64,000 nucleotides of DNA. Origin: an uncultured Nitrososphaeraceae archaeon (lineage in GTDB: Archaea > Thermoproteota > Nitrososphaeria > Nitrososphaerales > Nitrososphaeraceae). The stretch spans positions 24,705-88,704 of the forward strand of contig CAVSMN010000001.1 of NCBI GenBank assembly GCA_963729045.1, written 5' to 3'. Below, in pieces: positions 10,947 to 20,622 of the stretch; position 1 is the first letter of the stretch, and every line of letters begins with the position of its first letter. Below the pieces are notes generated by a model that was not told the origin of the DNA, searched no databases, and saw only the letters and a program-made list of their open reading frames with translations. The position numbers and the translations under genes were made by a program.

Positions 10947-11522
10947 TTATTTCAAAAATTTCAACATATCCGGGTCATTTTGGATAAGTGGCAACCAATC
11001 GATGTTTCCGAAAACTCTTTGCTTCCTATCCCCATACATATCGACAATCTTTTGAGCCGATAAGGACGGTAAAATACTAGTTGCGATCTCTAATTCAGAA
11101 AGTTTGGAAAACTCAAAGTTTTTTAATGCATCATAAGATATTATGCCCAAGATCTCAGCAACCATATTGTCACTAATTTTAGTTTGTGAATATGATCTGT
11201 CTTCATATATTTTTCTTAGCTCGTATGGCGACCTTCTTAATATTACCACAAGGTCTACTAACAGCGGATCTATTACATAAGGTGCAAGATGTCCAACAAT
11301 GATACTATCTTGATATTCTTTCTTAGAAAGCAACAAAGTCAAAAAGTCAAATGACTTTTGAATATCTACATCATGATTTTTCCTATGGGGAGAAATTAAA
11401 AGGTTTTCAGACAAAATTATCTTATTAATATCAACAATTGGTACTTTATCAAACAAAGATGAGAGGATGGTAGCGATGGTGTGTTTGCCAACACCAGGTG
11501 TTCCAGAAAGTATTATTTTCAA
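10947..11522 (-). CDS. Archaeal adenylate kinase, AK6/Fap7 family
   Basis: GTPGVGK P-loop, hhhGH, R-x-Y-xxxK-I-xxN motif. Confidence 0.85.
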   Translation of the reverse strand: MKIILSGTPGVGKHTIATILSSLFDKVPIVDINKIILSENLLISPHRKNHDVDIQKSFDFLTLLLSKKEYQDSIIVGHLAPYVIDPLLVDLVVILRRSPYELRKIYEDRSYSQTKISDNMVAEILGIISYDALKNFEFSKLSELEIATSILPSLSAQKIVDMYGDRKQRVFGNIDWLPLIQNDPDMLKFLK

Positions 11523-11585
11523 AATACTATTACCATTGTATCATATTCTTAATTTTTCAATCTAAAGAATGAATTAAACATGGTT

Positions 11586-11768
11586 CTAAGAATATTCATT
11601 GAAGAAATTATTGATGTAATCACTAAGATCATCTCTTAATTTTATTACTTTTGTCCTTTTATCACCATCTAGATTTGTATGGAGTAATACGTCTAAACCC
11701 TCAACCAAGTATTGGATGTTTGAGAAAGTAAGCAGAGTCTTTTGATTTCTGTCAGTATTTTCTTCCAC
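11586..11768 (-). CDS. Hypothetical small helical protein
   Basis: 60-aa ORF co-oriented with the AK6-SmAP3-tgtA cluster. Confidence 0.5.
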   Translation of the reverse strand: MEENTDRNQKTLLTFSNIQYLVEGLDVLLHTNLDGDKRTKVIKLRDDLSDYINNFFNEYS

Positions 11769-11965
11769 GTCGATAATGTTATTTCGGAATTGTTAAAGTT
11801 TATGGTTTAGTCGATTAAAGAAAAGAACAGATCACTTGTGTGAGAGGGAGATGAGAGAGAGAAAGGCTTACCTTAATAAGAACAGTAATAAGAACACATC
11901 ACTAGTTTTTATCATATAGAAAAATCTAATCAAACTTTAATATACATATAAATATCAAAATAATC

Positions 11966-12972
11966 ATGATAAAAAGGCTTGGTATTATTTTTTCAGGACT
12001 ATTAATACTGTTATTATTATCAAACATCAACTATAATGCAAACATCCAAGTATTAGCACAGCAAAATACTTCGGCAAGTACAACAAACTCTTCTGTTCCC
12101 ACTGTTTCTGACACAGTATCAAATATTACAAAGCTTTCAGGCGGTGTAAAGATAATTTCTCCAGACAAAGGAGATCTAGTCCCATTAAATTCAAACAATT
12201 CACTAGTAATCAAGGAGTTTCAAAGGATAATGTAACATCAGATTGTGACGTTTCTGTTATAATAAATAATGTAAAACCCTATCAGAATGTTAATCCTACA
12301 GGTGTTCAAGGAGACAATGATTATTCTAACTGGCAATACACAGTAGCAAGCAATTATACAAACATCAATGAAGGAAACAACAAAATAACATCTAAAATTC
12401 TTTGTTTAGATGGTCCACAAACATTACAAGCATATTACTCTGTAAATATTACAGCTACTAACTTTACACAAGCACAGTTATCTAGCTATAACATGATGTT
12501 AGAGTCTTCAAATTCAACGACAAATAGTGGTAATATGAGTCAGGCAGCATCAGGTGGATTACAACCTTTTGCACAAATTCAACAATTCAATCAAGATACA
12601 GGAAATGGTCCAATATGTTGTAAGATAGCAGGAAGTAGTCCAGGACAGGTGAGTGCATCTACTGCCGGTACAGACGTCCCCACAACTGATGCTACAGATG
12701 TTGCTACCACTAATGATGACGAGGAGATTAATGATGACAACAGTAATGATGACAACAGTAACAGGAATGACGAGGAGAATAATGATGACAACAGTAATGA
12801 TGACAACAGTAACAGGAATGACGAGGAGAATAATGATGACAACAGTAATGATGACAACAGTAATGATGACAACAGTAATGATGACAACAATGATAATGAT
12901 GGTGGAGGCAGCATGATGGACTCTATAGAAGACACCATAAGGGACAGTGGAATAGACTTTAGTTTTGATTAA
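11966..12972 (+). CDS. Secreted Ig-like-domain protein with an acidic Asp/Asn repeat tail (one frameshift near 12215)
   Basis: Signal peptide, VKIISP; adding one G gives KGVSKDNVTSDCDVSVIIN...WQY...NKITSKILC, in frame with 12493..12972. Confidence 0.75.
12715..12890 (+). repeat. Nested tandem repeat: 51-bp units containing 15-bp AATGATGACAACAGT subunits
   Basis: Encodes (NDEENNDDNSNDDNSNR)n. Confidence 0.9.
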
Positions 12973-13134
12973 TAGTAATTATTTTTACTTTTAATCAATT
13001 CATTTTAAATTTCTTCACTATTATTTGTCCAATCCTCAATAAAATTAGTCAAAGTTTATGTGGCTATTCTCTACTTGATTTTCTCATAATTATCTAGTTA
13101 TCCAAAATATTTGTTAAATCAAGCAACAAAAATC

Positions 13135-14574
13135 TCACATGTTTGTATCTGTCCACGTTGAAATAATACTCTTAATTTTTTCCTTGTGTCCTTTTTCGGC
13201 GAATATTCTATACTTCTTGTTAGGGTAAAATTGTCTTATAAAATCGAGATCCAATGGTTCTAATTTTTTAGATTTAGTATTATAAAACATCAGTCTTTTC
13301 AAAGTGGTCTCATCGACAGGTGGTTTTGTTACCTTCTTTCTTGTAATATTTATTACCAACACTACCCCATCATCAGGCAACCCCGCTTCCTTTCTAATTT
13401 CATCTTGTAATCCCTTTGATCCTTTTGAATCCATAATCCTTGTAATCCTGTTATTATCACTCAGATCAAATTCGTGAACGAGTGACAAAATATTTCTATT
13501 CAAGTAATCGTCTACAAGTTTCCTTGTTTTTTCATTTTCTACTTTTGTTAATTCATGTATCAAGACATCATCAGATAATTCTAATATAGATTCCATCTCT
13601 GGATTAGATAGTTTCTGAAAGACCGAGTTGGATTCCTTTGCAGCCTCCTTCATTACATAAGACAAATGGACATCAGCACCTTGGGATATTTTATGCAAGT
13701 AAATTGACCTGTGCATTTGGGCATAGGCCTCAAAGAATCTCATTGCTGCTTCTCTGGCTTGGGTTGAAACAGTTACAATTCTATCTTCTTTTAAGAAGTA
13801 CAAATTTTGAACAATTCTCCCTACATCTACAAAACCATACTCTTTTGCCCCAGTTCTATTAGAATCCAATATCAGGTAGTTAAATCTGTCAACATTGTAC
13901 GGATCTTCCTTTATAAGATAATTCAAATACCAATTTGACTCCAAAAAAGCATCCATCCTAGCAATAATCTCTTTACTGACGCCTATTCCTTCTAGGATCC
14001 TTTTTGTATTTTCGATAATTCTAAAATTAGGGGATAGATCGCATAATAATGCCATTATTTCATAAGACTCGATTTTGTTTTCAGAGGATTCTTCAACCAA
14101 ATTAGTGAATTTCTTGTATATTATTTCCAAACTCAAGTATTCGTGTTTCCAATCTAAAGATGGGTTGACTAGTTTTAGAAATTCTTCAAAGGTATGAGAA
14201 AATGGGGCGTGTCCTATGTCATGCAATAGGGCTGCCAGCCTTGTTAGTTGAATTTGTTTTTTGATTTCGGTTTTGCAGTTAATTGAATCCATCAAGTCGA
14301 TTATGGATGTGGAATTGATCTTGTTATTGGAATTCAAGATAATATGTGTGGAAGCCTCACCAGCAATATGCATGGCACCCAAAGAGTGTTCAAATCTTGA
14401 ATGAGACGCCCCTGGAAAAGCCATAAAGAGATTGGAGCTTTGTTTTATTCTTCGGAGGCGTTGAAAATATTTTGTATTGATTATATTTTTCTCGATATCT
14501 GTAATTCCAACATATCCATATTCAGGAAGCCTTATACTGCTGGTGAAGTTTAAGAGGGGATGATATACTGGCAA
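13135..14574 (-). CDS. HD-domain phosphohydrolase, SAMHD1/dNTP triphosphohydrolase-like
   Basis: FQRLRRIKQ, HSRFEHSLG, LLHDIGHAPFSHTFE, HE, VDRFNYL, IYLHK. Confidence 0.9.
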   Translation of the reverse strand: MPVYHPLLNFTSSIRLPEYGYVGITDIEKNIINTKYFQRLRRIKQSSNLFMAFPGASHSRFEHSLGAMHIAGEASTHIILNSNNKINSTSIIDLMDSINCKTEIKKQIQLTRLAALLHDIGHAPFSHTFEEFLKLVNPSLDWKHEYLSLEIIYKKFTNLVEESSENKIESYEIMALLCDLSPNFRIIENTKRILEGIGVSKEIIARMDAFLESNWYLNYLIKEDPYNVDRFNYLILDSNRTGAKEYGFVDVGRIVQNLYFLKEDRIVTVSTQAREAAMRFFEAYAQMHRSIYLHKISQGADVHLSYVMKEAAKESNSVFQKLSNPEMESILELSDDVLIHELTKVENEKTRKLVDDYLNRNILSLVHEFDLSDNNRITRIMDSKGSKGLQDEIRKEAGLPDDGVVLVINITRKKVTKPPVDETTLKRLMFYNTKSKKLEPLDLDFIRQFYPNKKYRIFAEKGHKEKIKSIISTWTDTNM

Positions 14575-14659
14575 TAATGCTTAATGATTAGCCAATTTTT
14601 AAAAACTCTATGTTTTATCCTTTACAATGCATTTTACCTTAGTCATCGAAAAAGTTAAA

Positions 14660-15096
14660 AAAATGAATCAAACACGAATGTTAAAAATCCTCTCGATATA
14701 GGCAGAGGCTATCAAATTTTCATAGACGAGTTAAAAAAATATGGCGGAATCAAAGCCGCAATCAAACACCAAAGCCATCTTCTTGATGAAATAAAAAATA
14801 AAAATTCAGATTTGATTGAACAGAGGAAAACCTTGTTGGCATTATGTCAAAAGGCTATTATTCTAATGAATATGTTAAACAACCACTATTTCTATCATAA
14901 AGGATTTTTTGATCATTATCATAAAAAGAATGGTGTTAGTATTGTGGTGGCTGATCGGATATCAATACCTATTATTATTTTAGTTCAGAATGCCCCAAAA
15001 GAAGGTCAGAATAGCAAAGAAAAAGACACAAAGGGTGACACTGCTATGTCTTCAAATAATAACAACAATAAAGATGAAGATAAAGAAAGAGATTAG
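14660..15096 (+). pseudogene. Possible fragment of a coiled-coil hypothetical gene
   Basis: Frame of 14812..15096 stays open upstream to about 14660 (FIDELKKYGGIKAAIK) without a proper start. Confidence 0.3.
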
Positions 15097-15098
15097 AT

Positions 15099-16223
15099 TT
15101 ATTCCTTTAATTTCCCTCTCTTTGAACTTGTTTCTTCTTCCAAATCATCTACACCCTTCTCAGTTACAGTAAATTTAGTGTCAGAATATGGATGATAGGG
15201 AGAGTCAATCATCTTGGCAGTTCTATTTTCACCTGACTTTCTGAGATAAATTCTATAGGTTGAGGCATGACCTAATACATTTCCTCCTGCAGCTTTTGTG
15301 GGATCTCCAAAAAAGGTATCTGGTGAAGATTGAACCTGATTGGTTATAACTACAGAAATATTATAAATCTCAGCAAGTCTAATGATTTTGTGTAGCATAG
15401 AATTGAGTCGCTGCTGTCTATCAGCTAGGGTGCCTCTTCCTGCAAATTCTGCCCTGTGCAAAGATATAATGCTGTCTATGATAACAAGTCTGGCTTTAAA
15501 ATCATTAATATATTTTCCAAGATCTTTTATGATCAATTCAAGATGAGAGCTATTGTAAACCTTACAAACTGCGATACTTTTTAAAACGCTAGTTGGATCA
15601 AGTCCTCTAGACACAGCTATTTGATCTACTCTTTCAGGTCTGAATGTCCCTTCTGTATCGATATATATGGAACCACTTCCAAATCCACCATTTTCGACTG
15701 GTTGACTAGCCGTCACACACAGAGTATGACAAATTTGAGACTTGCCAGAACCAAATTCACCATAAAATTCAGTAACAGCCTGGGTCTCTATACCTCCCAA
15801 AAGAAGTTTATCCAAAGCATTTGAACCAGTTGTACATCGCAACAATGATTTTCTTTTTTCTAATGCAACATCTGCAGTAACAAATTCCTTGTCTAAAAGA
15901 TTAGAATCTCGTAAAAGTTGTTGAGCAGCAATAATGAACGCTGCTGCACTTTCTTTTGAAGAGTTGATCTCAACAGAAAGTTCTTCTGAACTTGTAACTG
16001 CGAGGTCCATCACAGTTAGTACACCGGCATCACGTAATTTTTTTGCAGTAGTTGGTCCAATACCTGGAATATCTTGTATATCTAAATCATCAATAATAGT
16101 AGGGATAGGTTTTGATTCTTCTAAATCATTATCAGAAATTTCAGAAATTTCAGGGCTTTCGCTGGAAAGAGCACTTACAACATCCTCGTCTTTTATTCTT
16201 TCACTATTTCTTTTTTCGACCAT
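15099..16223 (-). CDS. radA: DNA repair and recombination protein RadA
   Basis: HhH IPGIGP, GEFGSGKSQ, YIDTEGTFRPER, LADRQQRL, GGNVLGHAST. Confidence 0.98.
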   Translation of the reverse strand: MVEKRNSERIKDEDVVSALSSESPEISEISDNDLEESKPIPTIIDDLDIQDIPGIGPTTAKKLRDAGVLTVMDLAVTSSEELSVEINSSKESAAAFIIAAQQLLRDSNLLDKEFVTADVALEKRKSLLRCTTGSNALDKLLLGGIETQAVTEFYGEFGSGKSQICHTLCVTASQPVENGGFGSGSIYIDTEGTFRPERVDQIAVSRGLDPTSVLKSIAVCKVYNSSHLELIIKDLGKYINDFKARLVIIDSIISLHRAEFAGRGTLADRQQRLNSMLHKIIRLAEIYNISVVITNQVQSSPDTFFGDPTKAAGGNVLGHASTYRIYLRKSGENRTAKMIDSPYHPYSDTKFTVTEKGVDDLEEETSSKRGKLKE

Positions 16224-16298
16224 ATTCTACTATATGTACTTTCTGTTATATTAAATAATTGACTACGACAATGACTGCGACCAATTTTGAAACTATTG

Positions 16299-17072
16299 TT
16301 ATTTTTCATCTTCCTCAAAGATCAAAAGTTCATCACCTTTGAAATTCTTAAAGGAATCAGTAATGCCCAACAAATTATTATTATAGAAAATATTGCTTAC
16401 TGTTTCGTCTTTGATAGTCAAGACAATAGTATTAATATTAAAAATTTGAATTGTCAAAGGAAACTTACTTTGGAATAGCTCATCGTCAATTTTTATGTCA
16501 GCAAATCCGTTTATCGGAGTATTGGAAAATTGATTAAAAGTAATAGAAGAGCCATTGCTATTTTGAAAATTGAGTAGTTCTATAAAATGTTTATCGATAC
16601 CATTTACGGTAAGCAATTTAAAATTGGCATGAAAATCTGTAACTAAACCTCTTGATACATTCAAAGACCAAGTTCCAGAAACCAGCTTTTGAAAATTATG
16701 GAGTACAATGGATTCAGAAGTTTGATTCAGAGATGTAGGAGGAGGTCCGGATAAATTTTGGTTTATCCCACTATTATCAGGAAAAAGTACAGTGGACAAT
16801 AATCCTTTTGTATAAAATGTATTAGAATTGTTGATGGGTGGTAATGCCTCATCAATTCCCCCTCCAGTTGTTTGAGTATCAATGGATAAGAGTAAATTAT
16901 TGTAATTCATGCCTTGTGCCAATCCCACATAATTCCAGAATTTAAGTTCCTGATTTGCAGATGGTGCAACTAATCCAAGATCAGAAGAGAAAAACAATAG
17001 TAAAAAAGTAAAAATCAAGGCAAGTGGAAATAATTCAAGCAAAAAAGGAAGAAAAGAGAATCGATTACCCAA
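16299..17072 (-). CDS. Hypothetical secreted/membrane-anchored protein
   Basis: N-terminal hydrophobic helix; VSGTWSLNV...F.ANF beta-rich domain. Confidence 0.7.
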   Translation of the reverse strand: MGNRFSFLPFLLELFPLALIFTFLLLFFSSDLGLVAPSANQELKFWNYVGLAQGMNYNNLLLSIDTQTTGGGIDEALPPINNSNTFYTKGLLSTVLFPDNSGINQNLSGPPPTSLNQTSESIVLHNFQKLVSGTWSLNVSRGLVTDFHANFKLLTVNGIDKHFIELLNFQNSNGSSITFNQFSNTPINGFADIKIDDELFQSKFPLTIQIFNINTIVLTIKDETVSNIFYNNNLLGITDSFKNFKGDELLIFEEDEK

Positions 17073-17270
17073 ATTTATTTCTTAATAAAATTCATAATAT
17101 AAATTGTTATTGTACTGAATTGATTAATTATCTTGAATCTACATATTCAATGGTTAGTATGAAATAAAATTTTGCAGATTGTTAATCAATTTGCTTACCA
17201 AACTAGATGTATAAAATCAAACAAAATTGTCTTTTATTTTGCTCCAGTGTCATCATCGGCATAGTATGAT

Positions 17271-18293
17271 TCATAGCACTCCACCCATTGCCATAGATCC
17301 ATTTTTAGATGGAACCAGCGAGAATGTCATGAGTCCGTCTGCAGATGTTTGATTTGTTTTATTCAAGTATTCGTTGGAAATTTGTTGTACAATTGGTTTA
17401 GTAAGCATAAAATGTATAATATCTTTTGTTTGGTTATTTCCATCTACCATTAAAACATTTGTAACATCTTTTCCATTGGTATAACCTTGGTATGCACCGT
17501 CAGCGGATAGAACACTAGGTTTAGGGACTTCTACCTCTTGATGTATAAATACGGTATTCTTAGGGTCATCTAGTCTCTTAGGGTCATAATTAAACGGCAT
17601 TGTAAAGTTGATGGAATTAGATGGTTGATTGTATGTTATATTCCCTATTTCATCATAATAAGAAAGAACTTTGGTTGGAATTGTTTTACCGTCTACAGTC
17701 AAGTTTGCATTCTTTGCTGCTCCAATACTGAGCCAACCATCAAAGACGGGTTGTTGATCATCTGGCAAGATTGTGCGAGAATAATCTACGGTTACAATTC
17801 TGACGATAAAGTGATATAAACCTCCATCCAAAAATATGGGTCCAGAAGCAACTACTGGAGATCCCTCTCTACTAGTATAAGCTTCAAGTATAGGATCAAG
17901 TTCCCCATATACTGATATTTGATTCTGATTTCTTGGCTGCATTTCTAATGGTCAAGTTTCCATCAGGATTAAAAAACCAGTCAGACAGCAAAGGTTTCCC
18001 GTCCTTTTCAATCGTAATAAAATAAGTAACCTCTTTGAAAGTTTGGTTTGTTTTTGAATCAAGTAGTTTAAACTGCACTGTGGGCTTTTGGGCTTGATCC
18101 TTGAATTGTCTCTGTGGTTACTACAGGAGGATTCATTTTTATCAGCAGATCTGCGTTTCTATCACCAAATGACGCTGATAATTGCTTCCATGAAAAGTCC
18201 ATCACCATATGCACTCTTAGAAAAAACAAAAAAAGTTAACAAAGGACTAGATATCAAACTAAAAATCAAAATTATAGACAGGAGAAACTTCAT
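17271..18293 (-). CDS. Thaumarchaeal surface protein resembling the N-terminal part of PEFG-CTERM proteins; about 3 frameshifts
   Basis: MKFLLSII signal peptide, AYGDGLF, IKMNPPVVT, VQFKLLD...VTYFITI, GGLYHF, SYYDEI, FTMPF, FIHQEVEVPK fragments in successive frames. Confidence 0.6.
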
Positions 18294-18379
18294 AAAATAA
18301 AGTAGGAATTTTGGCTATATAATTATTATTGATAAGATAATAAAAAAAATTATATCGACGAAATGATCTCGTCTATATC

Positions 18380-19240
18380 ATGATCCGATTGATATTTACC
18401 ATAACATTAGTCGTTTTTATTCTTCAATCTACTGTTTTAGGATCGAGTGGAACGTTAACTATGGAATTGGCCTCAGGTCAAGCAGGTCAAGCAGGTCAGC
18501 CAAGTAACGATCTAGAAAGCTACAAAACAGTAAACTACTATGCAAGATTTAATTGCGGTACAATAAGTGACGATAGTGGTCCATTGAGACCCGGAAAATA
18601 TGATTCGGATATTACGATATTCAACAAGAAAAGCTATCCAATAACCGTAATTTGGAAAGCTATTGCAATAGATCAACAAGTCAAGAATAATTTCAATATT
18701 CTAAATATCCCTTCAGAAAATATTGCTAACATTAATTGCGCAAAAATACTTCCAATTCAAGATAAAAATGCTACTAATTCTATCCCTGCTGCTTTATCTA
18801 AAAAATTCACAGAGGGTATTATAAAACTAGAAATCAGTGTTGATAACGGGCTATTGGTAAATAACTTTCTAAATAATCAGAATGCGAATATTATGGTAAA
18901 CGAATCCGATATTGGTAATCTAATTAACGTGGATGTACTTCACACAGTGAATACTTTGGATGATTTAAACAAAGAAGTGTTATACTTGAAAACAGACTTT
19001 TCAGTTCTATCAAAAGATAAGAATAAAATAAGTAATTTCACGGCTGTCTTCCATATTGATCCCGATGAAATTGTTGATCCATTGTCAATTATCAAGAATA
19101 AGATTTCAGAGAATAATACAAATCAGAAAATTGATATCAATGGCTCTGAAATATTACTTAAGGATACAGAAATTATCTCAGATACATTGACAGATAATCA
19201 CGCACTAACCGTTCAAAGAGTTGACGCAATTATTTCATAG
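18380..19240 (+). CDS. Hypothetical secreted protein
   Basis: Signal peptide; YYARFNCG...LRPGKYDSDITIFN. Confidence 0.75.
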   Translation: MIRLIFTITLVVFILQSTVLGSSGTLTMELASGQAGQAGQPSNDLESYKTVNYYARFNCGTISDDSGPLRPGKYDSDITIFNKKSYPITVIWKAIAIDQQVKNNFNILNIPSENIANINCAKILPIQDKNATNSIPAALSKKFTEGIIKLEISVDNGLLVNNFLNNQNANIMVNESDIGNLINVDVLHTVNTLDDLNKEVLYLKTDFSVLSKDKNKISNFTAVFHIDPDEIVDPLSIIKNKISENNTNQKIDINGSEILLKDTEIISDTLTDNHALTVQRVDAIIS

Positions 19241-19255
19241 AAAAGAACATCTTGT

Positions 19256-19271
19256 TTATCATTAGTGATAA
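19256..19271. promoter_or_regulatory. Palindrome TTATCA-ttag-TGATAA upstream of amoC copy 1
   Basis: Perfect 6-4-6 inverted repeat, arms conserved in copy 2. Confidence 0.55.
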
Positions 19272-19399
19272 TCATCGACGATAAGCTTGACAACATTGAC
19301 AAAACATCAGAAATTTAGTTAATTAATTAAACATTCATCTAATAATTTAATAATATTCCATCAATTTCTAGTATTATTTATAAATATTTTAGTTCACAT

Positions 19400-19410
19400 C
19401 TTATATATTT
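19400..19410 (+). promoter_or_regulatory. Putative TATA box of amoC
   Basis: CTTATATATTT about 30-37 bp upstream of ATG; identical in copy 2. Confidence 0.55.
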
Positions 19411-19437
19411 AATCAACGAAGACATGGTGATAGTAAA

Positions 19438-20001
19438 ATGGCACAAATGCCTGCATTAATTCCAAAGGAAGTAGAAATCCAGAGGCTAAAAAAGATCTAT
19501 ATAATGGTCATTATGCTAGGGTCTATTGCTGCATCAGTAGAAGTAGACAACTTTGTTGATGGATCATTGCACCAAACAGCCATCAGAGACAGTGCATTTA
19601 CACCAGCTCATTGGTGGTTATACAGTCACTTTATTGCACTCCCACTAGGTTGGGGATTTGTTGCGATGTATGACAGGAGAGTACCAGCATTAAGAGGACC
19701 AAACAATTCAATGAATACTGGTCTAAAGATAACCATTATCGGTTATTTAGCTACCATGTTCACAATTGGTATCAATGAAATGTGGCACTTTTGGTTTGTT
19801 GAAGAAATATTTTCAGTACCTAACCACTGGATGTTTAACATGGGTGTAGTAGTAGCTTTCATGGGTGCTTTGGCCTATGTAGTTAGGGTATACGCACGTT
19901 TGGTAGAACTTGGCGCTGAAACTCCTGCAAGGAACCCCTATGTAGCAGAAATGTACAAACTAGCATTAGAAGGAAAACTCTACAGCAGATCAGTTCCATA
20001 A
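19438..20001 (+). CDS. amoC: Ammonia monooxygenase subunit C
   Basis: MAQMPALIPKEVEIQRLKK, VDGSLHQT, DSAFTPAHWWLYSHF, NEMWHFWFVEEIFSVPNHW. Confidence 0.99.
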   Translation: MAQMPALIPKEVEIQRLKKIYIMVIMLGSIAASVEVDNFVDGSLHQTAIRDSAFTPAHWWLYSHFIALPLGWGFVAMYDRRVPALRGPNNSMNTGLKITIIGYLATMFTIGINEMWHFWFVEEIFSVPNHWMFNMGVVVAFMGALAYVVRVYARLVELGAETPARNPYVAEMYKLALEGKLYSRSVP

Positions 20002-20003
20002 TC

Positions 20004-20055
20004 TTTTTTTTGTTTTGTTTTAGTGCTTTGTTTTTGTTTTAGTTAGTTAATTTTA
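20004..20055 (+). terminator. Oligo-T archaeal terminator of amoC
   Basis: T8 run and further T-rich tracts directly after the stop codon; similar after copy 2. Confidence 0.6.
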
Positions 20056-20159
20056 CTTAATTATTTAGATACATTAGAATAGAAACCGATATAGTTAATT
20101 TCCCTAAAAGTCCAATCTTTCTTTATAGGAAATGCATCTTAAAATAAACAAGGTGGTAC

Positions 20160-20621
20160 TTATAGTAACCCATCAGAATCCGGATCTGCATCATTAGATT
20201 GTTTTAGTTTATCAGAGAAACTTATCGTTTTACCATGATCAGATATGGAAATTTGGGTATCAACTCGAATGTTCAAACCTAATGATCTATATACTGCAAG
20301 CAGATCTCCCCCAGATATTTTAGAAATCTCCCCAAATCGAATCAATTCATTTAACCTTTTTATAATAATTTTAGTTTGCAAGGGAAATTGCTGTTCAGCG
20401 AGTTTTAAAACTTCGTCACCTCTATCGTACAGATAGCGCAACAAGAAATTCCTTTCAGAATCGATTCCTTCTGGTTTATTTTTATTTGTTTTATTCTGGA
20501 GTTCCAAATTGATCTTGTCTTTTTCTTTTGAGGCTAACTGCTCTTGTAGCTTTTTCATCTTTCTTGCTTTAATTAATTCAAGATCTGGATCATCCATGCC
20601 TGATTTTTTATCGGCGCCCAA
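20160..20621 (-). CDS. PDCD5-like double-stranded DNA-binding protein
   Basis: DPDLELIKARKMKKLQ N-terminus; YDRGDEVL...ISGGDLL. Confidence 0.75.
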   Translation of the reverse strand: MGADKKSGMDDPDLELIKARKMKKLQEQLASKEKDKINLELQNKTNKNKPEGIDSERNFLLRYLYDRGDEVLKLAEQQFPLQTKIIIKRLNELIRFGEISKISGGDLLAVYRSLGLNIRVDTQISISDHGKTISFSDKLKQSNDADPDSDGLL

Positions 20622-20622
20622 T

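Larger units (their letters stand above)
19255..20083 (+). repeat. amoC cassette direct repeat, copy 1
   Basis: Near-identical to 32984..33811, including about 180 bp upstream and about 80 bp downstream of the CDS. Confidence 0.97.

Noticed and set aside
12715..12890. Regular repeats as a possible CRISPR array
   Set aside because: No unique spacers; in-frame coding repeat; no cas genes
12591..12938. Leu/Ser-rich and Met/Thr-rich alternative-frame ORFs
   Set aside because: Shadows of the Asp/Asn repeat
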